DNA from: Plasmodiophora brassicae
Taxonomy: Eukaryota
Direction: 5' to 3'
Length of the DNA: 64,000 bases
Assembly (NCBI GenBank): GCA_036867785.1
Contig: CP145420.1
Coordinates: 930,001 to 994,000 of the forward strand
Positions 49,598 to 62,139 of this stretch are shown here, piece after piece. The stretch's first letter is position 1. Each line of letters begins with the position of its first letter. A program made the position numbers and the translations under genes. Under the pieces are notes generated by a model. That model was given only the letters and a program-made list of their open reading frames with translations, ran no database searches and had not been told where the DNA came from.

Positions 49598-50321
49598 TTA
49601 TCTGGAAAGCAGCGGCGCCCGTACGAAGCCCAGATCGCGCCTGAGCTCGTCGACGTCACGGTCGAAGTGACGCTCGAACTCGACGGCCAGCATGAATTGC
49701 GACGACAGACTGCAGCGGACCGCCCAGGGGAAGAACGTGGTCAGCAGGGCGCGCTGCTCGGCGAACGGCAGCCGTACGGGACCGACGAGCGCCGCCAGCG
49801 CCGTCATCGGCAACCCGGTCTGAAGCAATTCAAACCACTACGAGGCCATAGTCAGCGGAACGACGGTCCTGCAATACAATACAACGAAGGACCTTCTGGC
49901 TGACTTCGCCGAGGACCGTGGGCGGGAGCCCGCTGAGGACGTGCACGAAGTCGTGCGTCTGGCGGTAACGTTGCAGGATGAACGCGTGATCGGGATTGTC
50001 GACGAACCGGACCGGCGACCGCTCGTCGGCGTGGAACCCGTACGTGTCCATGAACCGAGCGTACTGCCTGCCGAACGTCGTGTCGGGGAGCGCGCGAAGC
50101 GCCTCCATGTCGACGGTCGACGCGTCGACGGCCGGGCGGTCGCGCAGCAGGCGCCGCCCCGGTTCCGACCGGCGCATCCGGGCGAGCAGCGCGTCGAGCA
50201 GGACGGGCGGCGCCGTCGTGTCGCCGAGCAGGGCGACCAGGTCGCCGCGGTGCGGGTCGAGCAGCGCGCCGACCGCGGCGCCCGCCGCCACCAACGCCCG
50301 ACGTGCACCCGACAACATCAT
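49598..50321 (-). CDS. COQ4: Ubiquinone biosynthesis protein COQ4 (2 exons)
   Basis: DPHRGDLVALLGDTT, GRRLLRDRP, QRYRQTHDFVHVLSGLPPTVLGE (HDxxH..E) and WFELLQTGLPM. Confidence 0.95.
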
Positions 50322-50691
50322 GATCGCTATGGCGTATTTTTAGACGCCCACCCAGTCCAAACCGCCACTCGGTGATCTCTGAACTGCATTCCGCAAGCCG
50401 AACTCGGTGTGCGCCCCTCACGTTCCACACTGGGCGGACGCCTCGACGCTGCCCCCCCCCCCCCGCCTGGTGATAACGGGGCAGGGATGTGAAGGGGCCA
50501 ACAGCAACGGCGAAGACGCGGCCGGAAGCCACCGGCTGCAGGCCGCCCGCGATCTTTATTCCGCGTGCGCTGTTTCGATACCGAAATAGATTTGCGCAGG
50601 CGGGAACGCGGCACGCGCGCGCATTGACTTTGACTGACCGTGCTGCACAAGTTTTCCACTGCATTGTCGTCCACGAGGCGCGCGAACCGCG

Positions 50692-51015
50692 ATGCGCGCC
50701 GTCGTACTGCGACTCGTGTGCCTCGTCATCGTGATCGGCGGCGGTGCCCGTTGTGCCGGCGGGTCGTTGTCATCACCGGACAAGTGTGTGTGCCGTTGCG
50801 GGTATTCGAACCCGGACCGGGTCCTGAACCTCCCGCTGGCGCAGTGCACGGTGGACGCCTGCCGGCAGCGTTACGCGGGCTGCCTGGGCCAGGCGGTGCA
50901 CGTCGAGGCCGCCGCCGTCAGCTCGATTCGGTCGTCGAACACGGAGTCGCCCGCGTTGACCGTCATGCACTTTGTCAGCGTCTGCGCGACGCTCCTATTC
51001 GCGTTCATGCTCTAG
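50692..51015 (+). CDS. Small Cys-rich secreted or GPI/membrane-anchored protein
   Basis: N-terminal signal-like segment, CVCRC..C....C......C core, S-rich spacer and hydrophobic C-terminus. Confidence 0.6.
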   Translation: MRAVVLRLVCLVIVIGGGARCAGGSLSSPDKCVCRCGYSNPDRVLNLPLAQCTVDACRQRYAGCLGQAVHVEAAAVSSIRSSNTESPALTVMHFVSVCATLLFAFML

Positions 51016-51116
51016 CTGGCATGCCGGTAATATACGACGTACGTGCGGACGAGGGTACGCGAATGCGACGCTTTCGATGCATTATAACGTCCGGCGGGAT
51101 GGACTGGGGGACGTCG

Positions 51117-51635
51117 TCACAGCGTCCGCTTGACGCCCAGTCGTCGGAAGGTCAGGGCCATCTTGGACTTTGTCGGGCCGAACGATCCGATACGTCGCTC
51201 CTTCGGGTCGAACGGCTGCTCGGCGAGCTTGACAGTGAGGTGCGAGCGGCGCTTGACGCGCTTGCCGACGCGGCCGCGGCCGTGGAACATGAGCATGCGC
51301 GTGCACTGGCCGCGCCCGACGACGGCCTCCTTGACGAACAGCCGGTCCAGCGCCATGCCGTGATTGTTGATGGCGTTGTTGACCGCGTTCTGGATGCACT
51401 TCTGGACGACGGTCGACTTGCGCCTCTCGCACAGCTGCATCTGGATGATCGCCTCGCTGGCCGACAGCCCCCGCACGAGCCGGACGATCTCGTTCAGCTT
51501 CTTCGGGCTGACCTTGATGTTCCGGTGCCTAGCGTGCGCCAGCGCCGACGCGCTCGGCAGCGCCAGCGACGTTGACGACGACGACGGCGCTGCGGTCGCC
51601 AGCCCACGGACCGCCCATCGCAGCAGCGACAACAT
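51117..51635 (-). CDS. MRPL22: Mitochondrial ribosomal protein uL22
   Basis: Presequence-like N-terminus, SPKKLNEIVRLVRG, NAVNNA and HGRGR...SHLTVKL. Confidence 0.9.
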   Translation of the reverse strand: MLSLLRWAVRGLATAAPSSSSTSLALPSASALAHARHRNIKVSPKKLNEIVRLVRGLSASEAIIQMQLCERRKSTVVQKCIQNAVNNAINNHGMALDRLFVKEAVVGRGQCTRMLMFHGRGRVGKRVKRRSHLTVKLAEQPFDPKERRIGSFGPTKSKMALTFRRLGVKRTL

Positions 51636-51876
51636 CGGTCGACGACGCGGTCTCCCTCCCACGGACACAGTTTCGGCGAATCGTTGACCCGGACAGGTGG
51701 TGGTACGTGGTGCTATACCACCGCCGCTGTTAACTAGTACAGGCATGATACAGCGAACGTTGCAGGATCGTGTCCACATCTATCCGTCTATTACGACGGT
51801 TCACCCGCCGATGCCGATTCCCCGACGTGACAGTTCGCAACGCGACGCGCGGCGACAGGGTCGCTGAGCGTTATCG

Positions 51877-53293
51877 TCAATCCTTCTGTATCATAACGGT
51901 GGCCTTGCGTCTGCGCAGGGCGGCGCGTCGGGCAGCAATAGCAGCACGATGTGCAGAGGGCGGTTTCGGGGCCTGGTTCTGCACCCGCTCGTCGGCGTAA
52001 TAGTTCGCCCACGGGCCGCCCGTCTTTGAATAGTAGTCCATCGGATGCGGGCGCAGGTGTCTGACGCTGCTTAGCGCCTGGACCGCCTCGTACGACGATA
52101 GCAGCGGTTTCGCGAACGCCGATCCCCAGTCGATCGATAACCTCGGGCTAGCAGCGCCATGTGTCAGACCGAGCACGCGCCCACTGGGCAACTCCACGTC
52201 GTACCATGCGATTTGCACCCAGGCGTCAACGTCGGCGAATAAGGCCAGCTTGTCTGGAAAGATCTCCGACAGCAGCACCATGGTGTACGGCAAGTGCCGC
52301 TCTTTGAGCATCGACTCGACGCGTTCCAGGATCTGGATGTTGCCCTGGCGGCCGAGCGTGCCGAGGATAATCCCCCAGGATTTCGCGTGTACCGCTTCGT
52401 TAACGGCCAGTTGCCGAGCTGTCATCAGACGGTCGTGCGCGAAGGCCTCTCGCGTCAACCGCTTCCCGTATGGGTCGTAACGGTACGCGTCCAGCCACGG
52501 GTTCGCCATCATCATTGATTCCAGGTGGAACCTGCCATCGGCGACGAAGACCAGGGCGTCACAGGTGCCTTCGGCAAGGCTGGGGGCAGTGCACCCGAGC
52601 ACCTCGCCACGAGACAGTGGACGGCATTGTGGCACAAGGGCCCGGTCACCGAGTGCTTGCGAGGCAGCAGCGATCGCCGATTCGAACTGGATCGTCCCCG
52701 CCAGGCAAATACGGGATGACGGGTCAAATGAGGCGTCAACAGTATCGACTGAGAGCGTGCGCGCGTCAGAGCAGGCAATCACGGCGAACGGACGCGCGGA
52801 CCAAGGTGATTGACGTCGATTTGGATATCGACAAAGACGTACAGGCACGGTATCCTGGACGTCGATATCGGGACCAGGCATGAATGCCCGTAGTGGACGA
52901 GCAGGTCGGTTTGCAACGCGGCCGCCGTATAGTCGTCGATGCAGCATGCCCCGTACGTGACATCGCCCAGAACAATGACGTCGTCCACGCTGGTGAAGGT
53001 CGTCAACAGGTCCCCTAGCGTCAGAGTTATACAATGGCTGCGGTACGTACGGAGCATGCCCCGTTACCGATAGTGCAAGCGTACGCGAGCAGCCCCTCTG
53101 GAAACTGCAATGCGACGCATCGAACATTGTCCTGCAGGCATCGCCGGACCGTCTTCTCGATCTCGAACTCGTAGTTGGACGGCAAGCATTCAGCGACCAA
53201 TTCCGCCAGCTTCCGTCTGATTTCCGCGGGCAGAATCCGGTCACCCTCAATGCCGGCCCGGCGTGTGTAGCGCCGGACAGCGTTCAGTGCCAT
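51877..53293 (-). CDS. DPH1: Diphthamide biosynthesis protein 1 (multi-exon)
   Basis: [64 protein letters not shown] and PRLSIDWG. Confidence 0.95.
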
Positions 53294-53647
53294 CGCGCGC
53301 TGCAGCTCCCAGTGCGAATACTCCGTGGCCACACGGCCAGCGCGAGAACTGCGCACCACCATCCCCGAGAGCGTTTCAGTGCAGACTAGCTGCCCGGGCG
53401 ACTGGCCATCGCTGTCGACCCGGCGACGCATCCCAGCGACGCCGGGCGTCGTCCAGCTTTTATTCTTCACGAATAAATAGAGAATTTCCTAAAGCCCTGT
53501 AACAACACCTAGTGTGTCATTGTGTACCGTCAAGGGTCTGCAGACGCGGGACAACAGTATGGATTTAATTGTGTTTCGCTCGTCGTCGAAGTGCACCAGC
53601 CCGTAACGACGGCGGTTGCAGACTCGAAACAGGAACAGGAACAGCGC

Positions 53648-54446
53648 TAGGGATGGGCACTTAGCCGGCTAATTTTCCGCTAGCCGGCTAGCCGACGTTG
53701 GCGGCTAGCCGGCTAAAACACCGTTTAGTCCGCATCGCCGTGGCGGACTACATTCTATCGGGTTACCGGCTTGCGTTCCGCGTTCTTATCTTCTCTGTGT
53801 GGATAGCGCCCTGATTCTGTTGCCGTCCAGTGTGGTTAACGACGGCGGCGTATACAGCACTGACGACGCTGGCACTGGATCCTGCGATTCCGAAGCAAGA
53901 TCACGAAATTGCTGCGTTTTCGATTCAGTTTCGCAATATTCTTCACCAACAGTACGGCATCCTGGGAGTTAAAGACACTTCGATGTCATCCGCGTTAAAG
54001 AACAAAACTCGTGCTCTTCTTGTCGCTGCTCGTCGCGATCGGGTGCGAGGTCCACTTTCAGAACATGAGGAGGAAAAGGATGATATCTCCAAAGAGATTG
54101 ACGATTACTTCCAGTTCACTCAGTCTGGTGATGAGTCGTATGACGATGCCGTTGCTTGGTGGGCCGCCATCGGTCGCAAGCGGTTCCCGCGGCTATCGCT
54201 GCTCGCCCGTGATACGTTGGTTCATCAGTTCCATCGGAGTCGGCGTTCTGGGATAGCGGCGATATTGCTACAGCTGACCGTTCGCGTCTATCTGATCGTT
54301 CGTTGGAAGTTACAATGAAGCTGCGATCCTGGAAGCGCCTGTTCAAAGAGCTGAAGATTCAATAAATTAGCCGGCTAATTATCCCGCTAGCCGGCTCCCA
54401 AAAATTTTTAGCCGGCTAGCCGTTAGCCGCGCCGTGAACATCCCTA
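53648..54446 (+). mobile_element. Non-autonomous hAT element with dimerisation-domain remnant
   Basis: TIRs TAGGGATGGGCAC / GTGAACATCCCTA, many TAGCCGGCTA subterminal motifs, and EIDDYF..AWW..RFPRLSLLARD / SSVPSESAF..RSRLS. Confidence 0.9.
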
Positions 54447-54535
54447 CGCGCAGCCATACCTGTCGGGGACGGTTGGGGTCGCGGCGCTGTAACAGCGCCG
54501 CGACCCCAACCGTCCCCAACAGGTATGGCTGCGCG
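54447..54535. repeat. 89-bp palindrome abutting the hAT right end
   Basis: 44-bp arms, one mismatch, 1-nt spacer. Confidence 0.95.
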
Positions 54536-54581
54536 CTATAATATCAAAAAACTGTTCGCGAACATTATCAGCAAAAATCTA

Positions 54582-56315
54582 CACTGGAAAAATAGAAGTG
54601 CCAAATTAGTGCCATCCCGTGGATTAGCCCGTCGGCCCTTTATTGGCACTTGACGACACCAAATTGGCACTTGGTAGTGCCAATTTGGTGCCAATTTCGG
54701 GCCCCGATTTTCCAAAAATCCTCTCAACGGACGTCCTTCCAAAAAACGTCATACGATTTTTGCTCTCCCTACCGGTATAGTAATAGAATGGAATGGTTCC
54801 CCAGTTATTGAGACACTATCGTATTTGGTATTTCAACGAATGGTTTATTGTAACTGTTCCTTGATGGGCGCCGATCCGCGACCCGCCATTGACCGCGACG
54901 TCAACGTGCCGTCAGGATCGATCGGCAAGTGGAACAAGTTTTGTACGTTGCATGTCCGCCACCCTCGTACATCATCGTGTTCTATAACCTGCATCCGTGA
55001 TCAGATGATGCAACTGGATGCCAACAACAACGGCCATACCTTTCAACGCGCCTGGCCGCAACGCCGCCTAAATTCATACATAACACAATGAGGGAACACA
55101 TGATGTTAACGTTGCCGTTGCGTACCATTGTGGCCAGCTGGATGCGAAGGCACCCCTTGATGCTGGGCCTGCAGCCAAACGCATTATAAATAATGGCGAC
55201 GTCAAAACCATCGAATACGTACCGCGTCCCGCAGCGACCTATGGCGAAGACGGGCACCTAGTTCGTCGTCCGGACAAACTCGTTTGGGATCTCCGCCAGC
55301 AAACGCGATCACATGACCGTCTTGTACTGCGCATCATAAAGACCGTTAGCGACTAAACCCCAGAGACAGAAATGCTCGACGTACGTGAAAGATTTTGAAT
55401 ACGGCATTGCACTGCGAACGCTCATCAGCTGCAGCCGGCGAGTTCCGGTGACGAGCCTGATCATCTTCCGGTGAAGTGCCAATCTATAATGTATGTTGAC
55501 TTGGACAAATTATCAGATAATTATAAAGTGGAACACCAAATAATTCACATACGCTGGCGAGTGTCAGCCATCATCGGCGGGCAAGCCCAATTGCACGGCC
55601 ACTCCGACGGGATCCTCTGGAGCAGACGGCGTTCTTACCGGGACAGTTCCGCTCCAGCTGCTCAGACGTGTTGACACTAATACACGAGGGTAGTGAGCGT
55701 CCTTGATTTCGGATACGCACACGCATACAGGAGCAATACCTGGAGTAGACACGAGAAACCAGGTACACTGCAGGCCTTATCGTGCAAACCGTTCGTACAC
55801 GGCCATGCCTGCAACGATACGGATACGTCTGCCGACGAATCCATTTGAAGAATGAGGACGCGGGTGCCAATTCGTCGTCGATGTCGAAGCCCGGATCGGA
55901 ATCCGGATTGCGCGCCTTCCCGTTAGTGTGTGGTGGAGGTGCAGCGTCGGGCCCGCATTCGGCAATGTGTGGTGGAGAGGCACCGTCGGGACGGAAAAGA
56001 AAGGTGCGTTGGTGAGAATTACCGAGCCGTCACCTCGAAAGGCGTGTCAGCTCAGGTGGCACCGTGCAGTCGCCGGCTGCTCGCAAAAAAGCCCAGCTCA
56101 GGTGGCACCGTGCAGTCGCCGGCTGCTCGCAAAAACGCCCATCATCCTGGCATCCCAATTTTTGGCACGATGGACCAGATGGCACCATTTCGGCACTCCA
56201 GGTGTCGCACCGGCTCCTCATCGGCACTTGCCTATTGTTGGCCCCTGGAATTGGCACTTCAATCGGCACTCAGGGAACGTCCGGGCACCAATTCGGCACT
56301 TCTATTTTTCCAGTG
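54582..56315. mobile_element. Complete non-autonomous CACTA-superfamily (CACTG) element, 1734 bp
   Basis: Perfect 21-bp TIR CACTGGAAAAATAGAAGTGCC, 3-bp TSD CTA, GGCAC/GTGCC subterminal repeats, and an internal ~46-bp tandem duplication at 56048-56135. Confidence 0.93.
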
Positions 56316-58326
56316 CTACGGCTGAGGGCGGGTGCATGTTGGCGATAACGTCGTTGAGAACTATCAGCAGTGGATCCCAATTGTTGCCAATCCGGCCCTG
56401 GACGCCGAAATAAAGCATATATATGAGCAACCGTCTTTCTTGCAGCGACGAGAAACCAATCGCCTACGAGGATCGTCGTGTCCTCTAGAAGTCCAACCAG
56501 CGTTATCAAAATATAGCCACGCGTAAATCGAGGCAAGTACCGGCGGGCGGGGCGGCGGGACGTGACGCGACATAGACGGCCAGGGCAGCGTCGCGGGCAC
56601 GCTCGGCGGCGGCGGCGACGCGTTCCAACCCGGGCAGGCGCGGGTCCTCCGGGTTGGCGAGGTGCGCATCCAGGACGGTCCGGTTGGCGGCCGCGGCGTC
56701 GGCGTCGCGCTGCTTGAACACGGCGAACGCGGCGTTCGCATCCGACATGGCGAGAGACGATCCGAGCAGGCGCTCATAAATTCGGGCTGCTCCACCACTG
56801 ATGTAACTGAGTGTCGTGAGCCCCGCGGCCCCGCAGGAGCCCCGCAGGACGCCCATTTACATATACTTAAAGTAATGACACGGCGCACTGCCGTACGGCA
56901 TCCGTGGCGCACCCATGATAAAGATTACTCTGTTATTGTCCTGCCTGAGCTCACTTGTCCCTGTGCTTCAATTAACCTCGCTTGGAAACGAAACCGCCGG
57001 TGCGATCGCACATCCAGACCCCGTGCCCATGGAGCCACTGAAAGATGATTGAGTTCCATTCGATGGTGTTCTCCGACCATCCTGGTCGCAGGCCGAACCC
57101 GTCGCCGATGTTCGCCACCCGGCCGCCCCCGGCGTCGTCTCCCGCACGACGACGCTGCCCGCGATCCCAGAGTCGACCGAGTAGGGGGCCGGGGGCCCCC
57201 CTACCCGCCCGACAATGAGGACATCGTTCGACCATCGTACCAAGGTAGTCTTCGGCAAAACCGTCGCCCATGTCTGTTCTGTGGAGCGCTCCATGTTCAA
57301 TGTGACCGGCGGAACTGCCATCAGCCATGCCTGGGTGGAGGCTAATAATAGTGACCGCGCACTTCTACTATGGTAAATGTTTGCCGCTGTCGCGTGCATG
57401 GTTTGCCACCCAGAATAGAATGTGTGCCATCCGTTGACAAGGTAGGATTTGTATGGGCGGACGCTGAACTTTTTTAGTATAAGAGATGATCCCGGCCAAG
57501 AGTAGAAATCGAACCGTAACTGTGCTGTCGTCGTCTTCCGACAGCGGTTCCTGCGGTGAGTGCAACCGCCAGAAACCGCTCGACACTACCGTCTACCGAT
57601 GAGTGAGTTCTGACCACATTCCGCCTGTCGCCTCTAACTTGTACTCCCCGCCGATGGACTGAACCTGGTCCGTCAGCGCTGGCAGGCTTGTTTCCATCGA
57701 CAACTCGCTGGCGGTGTCCACCTCGGTTTCCTGATGGCCAAACCATAACTGGCGGGAGTCGATCCATGGATCCATGGCTCCACATCAGTGGGCAGCTAGC
57801 GCAATTCGGCGTAATGGAGCAGAATCGTGTCGCCTGGCCATTGCTTCCTAATATGTAGCTTCAAGGCGGTGTCGTCCGCGGGCGATCACCACTGTGCGCT
57901 AGCAGACATATTATGGTTCCTTGAGCTTCGGCGTCCTTGTTTGAGTCCGAGGTGCACGGTCCAGATGCCGTCGGTCGGTGTGACGGCGAATTCTGAAGCG
58001 GGTGGGCGTGTAGGCGTATGTCGAGGTAGGACAAAGTGATCGCTGTAGTCGCCTGTCGACTGTCGAAGAAACTGAAACCGTCATCGAGACGCCAAAGATA
58101 GACCCCCCCCCCGTCGCGCCGGTAGAATTGCCACTGCGTTTTGAACTGAACGGGGCACTGGAGGACTGCATGTCCGCACACCGCAGCAGCAAACTGCGCA
58201 GCCAGGTGCATTCCAGCGAGCATCACGAGTGGGTCAGGACGGAGGTATGATCGCATGGCTGAAATACACATCGGAATGGGTATTGAGTCGGCACCATGCG
58301 CATCAGACATCACCGATCCAATTAAC

Positions 58327-59291
58327 ATGCTCATGTTCCCACGCTATGCCTGCCGCCTCACACCTGCCACACTTTCAGGTCTGTTGATCGCCCTCTGCAG
58401 CGGATTCGGCAGCGTCCAAGCCAAGTACAGCTACGACATTGCCACCAAATACGATATTGGGGACAGTGATTCCCCCCGTTATGAACTCATTGGTACTGTT
58501 TCGAACACAAGCATCCGCCTGCACGCACCGGGCTTGCTAATCCAGCTCCCGCGCGATCCTGTATTCATCAACGTCGCCTGTTTTCCTCCTGACGTTGTCC
58601 ACCCTCACGATTTGGCTCTGATTGTAAAGTTCTTGAATGAAGTGACGACCGTGCACGGTCGCGTGGTACGCCAGCGTCACTACTGCCTCTAACGGATTCT
58701 GGCTACTGACGATTACGCGCGCGCGTGTGTTTCTGCAACAGGACGTCCTTCGTGCCCGCCTGTGGGTCTGGGACAATCTCGCAACGAGATATCCTGTCGA
58801 GAATCAGCGGCTCCTCGTAACCGCACAGATCATTGGGATGAAGGCGGCTATTTTGGCGATGGGGCTTGCCTTGCCGTTATCGCAATCGACCGGGCGTCCT
58901 GTCCTGCATGATGGCGAATCGTAACGTTGATAATCGTGGTGTTGTACGCTGGAACGGATTCATCTAAGTTAGCCTTACGTGCAGGTCCATGTGTGGCCTC
59001 TGCAACTACTGGTGCGACAACGCAGGTCGTTACCCGGTCCGACGGTTCAACGGCTGCAACCACCTCGTCCACTTGGAGTGTGTCCGTTCGGCTCCGCGAC
59101 GTTGGAATCCTCTCGGTAAGTACTCGCGAGTGAAACGGGCCTGCCCAAGCTGCCAGCGGAACGTCCCGCCTCCGCACGAGGAGCGCCCTTCCGGAGGTCT
59201 ACACGCCATCACTCTCGATGAGATTCCGGATGCTGACGTCGACCTCGTTGTGGAATCCTGGACCGATTACGTGGAGACGTATTGGCCGTGA
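58327..59291 (+). CDS. Signal-peptide-bearing RING-H2 protein (candidate secreted E3 ligase), ~3 exons
   Basis: TLSGLLIALCSGFGSVQA|K signal-like start; last exon CGLC..CNHLVHLEC..CPSC. Joining of the exons is inferred. Confidence 0.65.
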
Positions 59292-60479
59292 ACCCTACGC
59301 CTGGATCGGCGAGCACCACTGCATACGTACACGTACGTAGCGAAGTCGTTGTCTCGAGTGTCGTTACGCGAAGTACGTAGCGAAGTCGTTGTCTTGCAGC
59401 TGTCGTTAGCCGTCATCGGCGGCCGATCTCGTGGGTCGCCCCACTATGGACGCAGGAGCGCTCGCTCCCGACATCGATGGTGTTCTTCGGCGCCTTCAGG
59501 ATACCAGTCGATTCGTGTTCCGATTAGTTGGGGTTGGTCGTCTTACAGGACACGGTCCAAGACTGGTGCTCGACGAGGTTGGTGGACGCGGAAATCATAC
59601 TTGGCTCGGGAGAGAAATGGTCGGGGTTACATGATGGAACTGGTGTATTGGTAGGCGTGGCGACCGACCGGGATTTCAGCCACGCCGGGAGGCGTTTCCC
59701 TGCGGACGCACAGGGCAGGACTGCGACATGGCCAGCCACCCCGCAGTAAAGGCATAGGCCTTCGCGACGACGGCGATCTTTCTCGTCTTGGGTTAAGGGC
59801 GCGCGGGGCCACCGCCGATCGCGGCGTCGATAACCATGGGATCCCCAACCGCGGCGGCCGGGGCTGGGGGAGGAGTGGACGGCACTGCGGCGGCGCCGGC
59901 TGAGGCAGCAGGGACAGGAACGAGGGCGGTGGTCGATCGGTGCTCAGCCAGGCGGTTGTCACACCGGATTGCCTGTATGACAAGCTCGTCAAGCGTCTCG
60001 GCGACGGGCAGGGACAGGACAGGCCGGCGCGGAACATGTGTCGGCAAGCTGAGTCGTTGAACCCGGCGTCCGCCGCCAGGTTCTGGAATTCTGTGGCGAA
60101 GCGGGCGACGGTGCCTCGGCCCTGGCGAAATTGCTGTAGCTTCCGTGCCGCGGTCTCGACTTGATGAGGGTCGCCGAACCTGCTCTTTGCGGAGACGAAG
60201 GCGCTGAAGTCCTTCATCAGGTCGTCATTCCGCTCGAACAGTGGGTTAAACCACTTTAGGGCGTCGCCACCCAACAGTTGGCCCACCAACGCGACCTTCT
60301 GAGCGTCTGTCGCGTATGTGTTGGGCTGCTGGGTGATAACCAGTTTGACCTGGTTAAGGAAACCGCGAAGTTCGCCCCGGCCGCGCGCCGTTGTATGTAG
60401 GCGGAAGCTTGACCTTGGGCTCGGGAGCATGAGGTTGTGAGACCGTTCGCTGTTGTAGGGAGGCCTGAGCCTGCGTCAG

Positions 60480-60660
60480 TTTTTGTTGCTGTTGCAGCAG
60501 TTGGTCGTGCTGTTGCTGCAGTAGCTGCTGCAGCAGTTGGTCGTGCTGTTGCTACAGTAGCTGCTTCAGCGCAGCAGTTGTCGTGCTGTTGCTGCAGTAG
60601 CTGCTTCAGCGCAGCAGTTGTCGTGCTGTTGCTGCAGTAGCTGCTGCTGCTGTTGTTGCA
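60480..60660. repeat. 36-40-bp CAG-rich tandem repeats in the gag 5' region
   Basis: Repeated gcagcagttg(g)tcgtgctgttgctgcagtagctgct. Confidence 0.85.
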
Positions 60661-61066
60661 GGATCTGGATCTGGGAGTTAAGGCCTGTAACGAGCTGGTT
60701 CCAGTCTTCCGCCATTGCGGGCGAGGAGAGAGACAGAGACGGAACGCGGGCGGTCACGACGCGAGCTGGATCACGAGGGACTTCGGACACTGGGACAGGA
60801 ACAGGGACAGGAACAGGGACAGGGACAGGAACACAGGGACAGGTACAGGGGCAAGGGTAGGCTTGGGATGGGCCCAAAACCAATCCTGTACCTGTCCCTG
60901 TTCCTGTCCATGTCCCTGTTCCTGGCCCATAACCAGTTGAGACACGGGACACGCGAACTCAAGCAGGACAATAACAGAATGACTTTAGTAGTCCGTGAAC
61001 TGCCATGGCAGCACCGTGAGAATGTCCGGAATGTCCGCAAAGCCAGATAGGTCAGTCAGCTACGAC

Positions 61067-61140
61067 CTCCGCCACGGACTCCGCCACGGACTCCGCCACA
61101 GACTCCGCCACGGACTCCGCCACGGACTCTGCCACGGACT
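61067..61140. repeat. 12-bp tandem repeat CTCCGCCACGGA x6
   Basis: Direct inspection. Confidence 0.9.
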
Positions 61141-62139
61141 GCGAACTCGAGGTCGCAACAGTGTCCTGATTATTCGGGTGGTGGCGTTCGGACGAGCGTC
61201 ACTGTGTCGCACGAACGCGGGCGGACGAAAGTATGATCGCGGCCTGTTGACAGAATTGACATGATAGTGAATTGTCACCAATACACAGCAGACGGCGCTA
61301 CCCTGGACGTTACCGCAAACAACAGGAACGTGCCGTCGATCCACCGGGCGCATCCCCCAGCGCCATGTCTGGCATACAAAGCCAGAATCGTTAGCGGTCG
61401 TGCGGCCTGCCATTTTAGGACTCATCAACGCTCGGCCCATTGGCGAGTACTACTACAACTTCGTTGGCCCGAAATCGTTGGCACGGTTACGGCCGAAAGA
61501 TTCGACATGCCCGCTCTTGTTTTACGCTGCCGCCCAACTCGTTGGATACCAACGTCGCCCCTCGTCGAGGACATCGGCCTGGGCAACCGAGCCTTCATCA
61601 CGAGATTCATGAATGAAGTGTCGGTGGTTGTAGACATCCTTTGCCTCTAGCCGGAAAGCGACTGCTGATGGTTACGTAATCGTGCCTGTGCAACAGGGAG
61701 ACAGACATATCGTAAGGAGTGTCGATGGAGCAGTGTCTGCTGGCACAACCGGCCGAACTGATCGTCCCGCGCGTAGCTAGGCTTGAACCAATCCGGGAAA
61801 AGGAGGCCGTATGCATGTCACTGTTAACGGTCTGTTGCACCCGCGCAAGCCGCATGTCGGACCCGCCTCGGGCGATGAAGACTATGCTAGAATGTTGACC
61901 TTGATGACACTCCTGGCCGCGCTGCGTTCTGTCATCGTAGCCCCAGAATCATCGACATGAACTTGATCAGCCCAGTCCTGATCCTGCGCGCCATGTTATC
62001 AGTAGAGCAGTCGTAAGCGCGCTGTCTACGTTGAGCATTCAGACAGCGTGCAAGGAAATGGGCCAAACAGGCATTTTAGGTAGGTCGGTGAGCAACAATG
62101 CCCATTGATAATGAAAGCGGGAAAGATCAGGAGGCATCG

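Larger units (their letters stand above)
59560..61252 (-). mobile_element. Decayed Ty3/Gypsy element (putative 5' LTR, PBS, frameshifted gag; pol essentially lost)
   Basis: LRGFLNQVKL..KVALVGQLLGGDALKWF..FRQGRGTVARFATEF, DPMVID and GLCLYCGVAGH; GGTTATGGGCCAGG PBS at 60921-60934. Putative LTR about 60938-61252. Confidence 0.8.

Noticed and set aside
56320-56750. Ala-rich minus-strand exon cut by the CACTG element
   Set aside because: Removing the TEs did not restore a convincing ORF; product unidentifiable.
56970-57330. YLGTMVERCPHCRA, reminiscent of a Helitron RepHel N-terminus
   Set aside because: A single short motif with no Rep or helicase motifs nearby.
61261-61900. Possible gene fragment on the plus strand
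   Set aside because: Frame-broken and no domain recognised.
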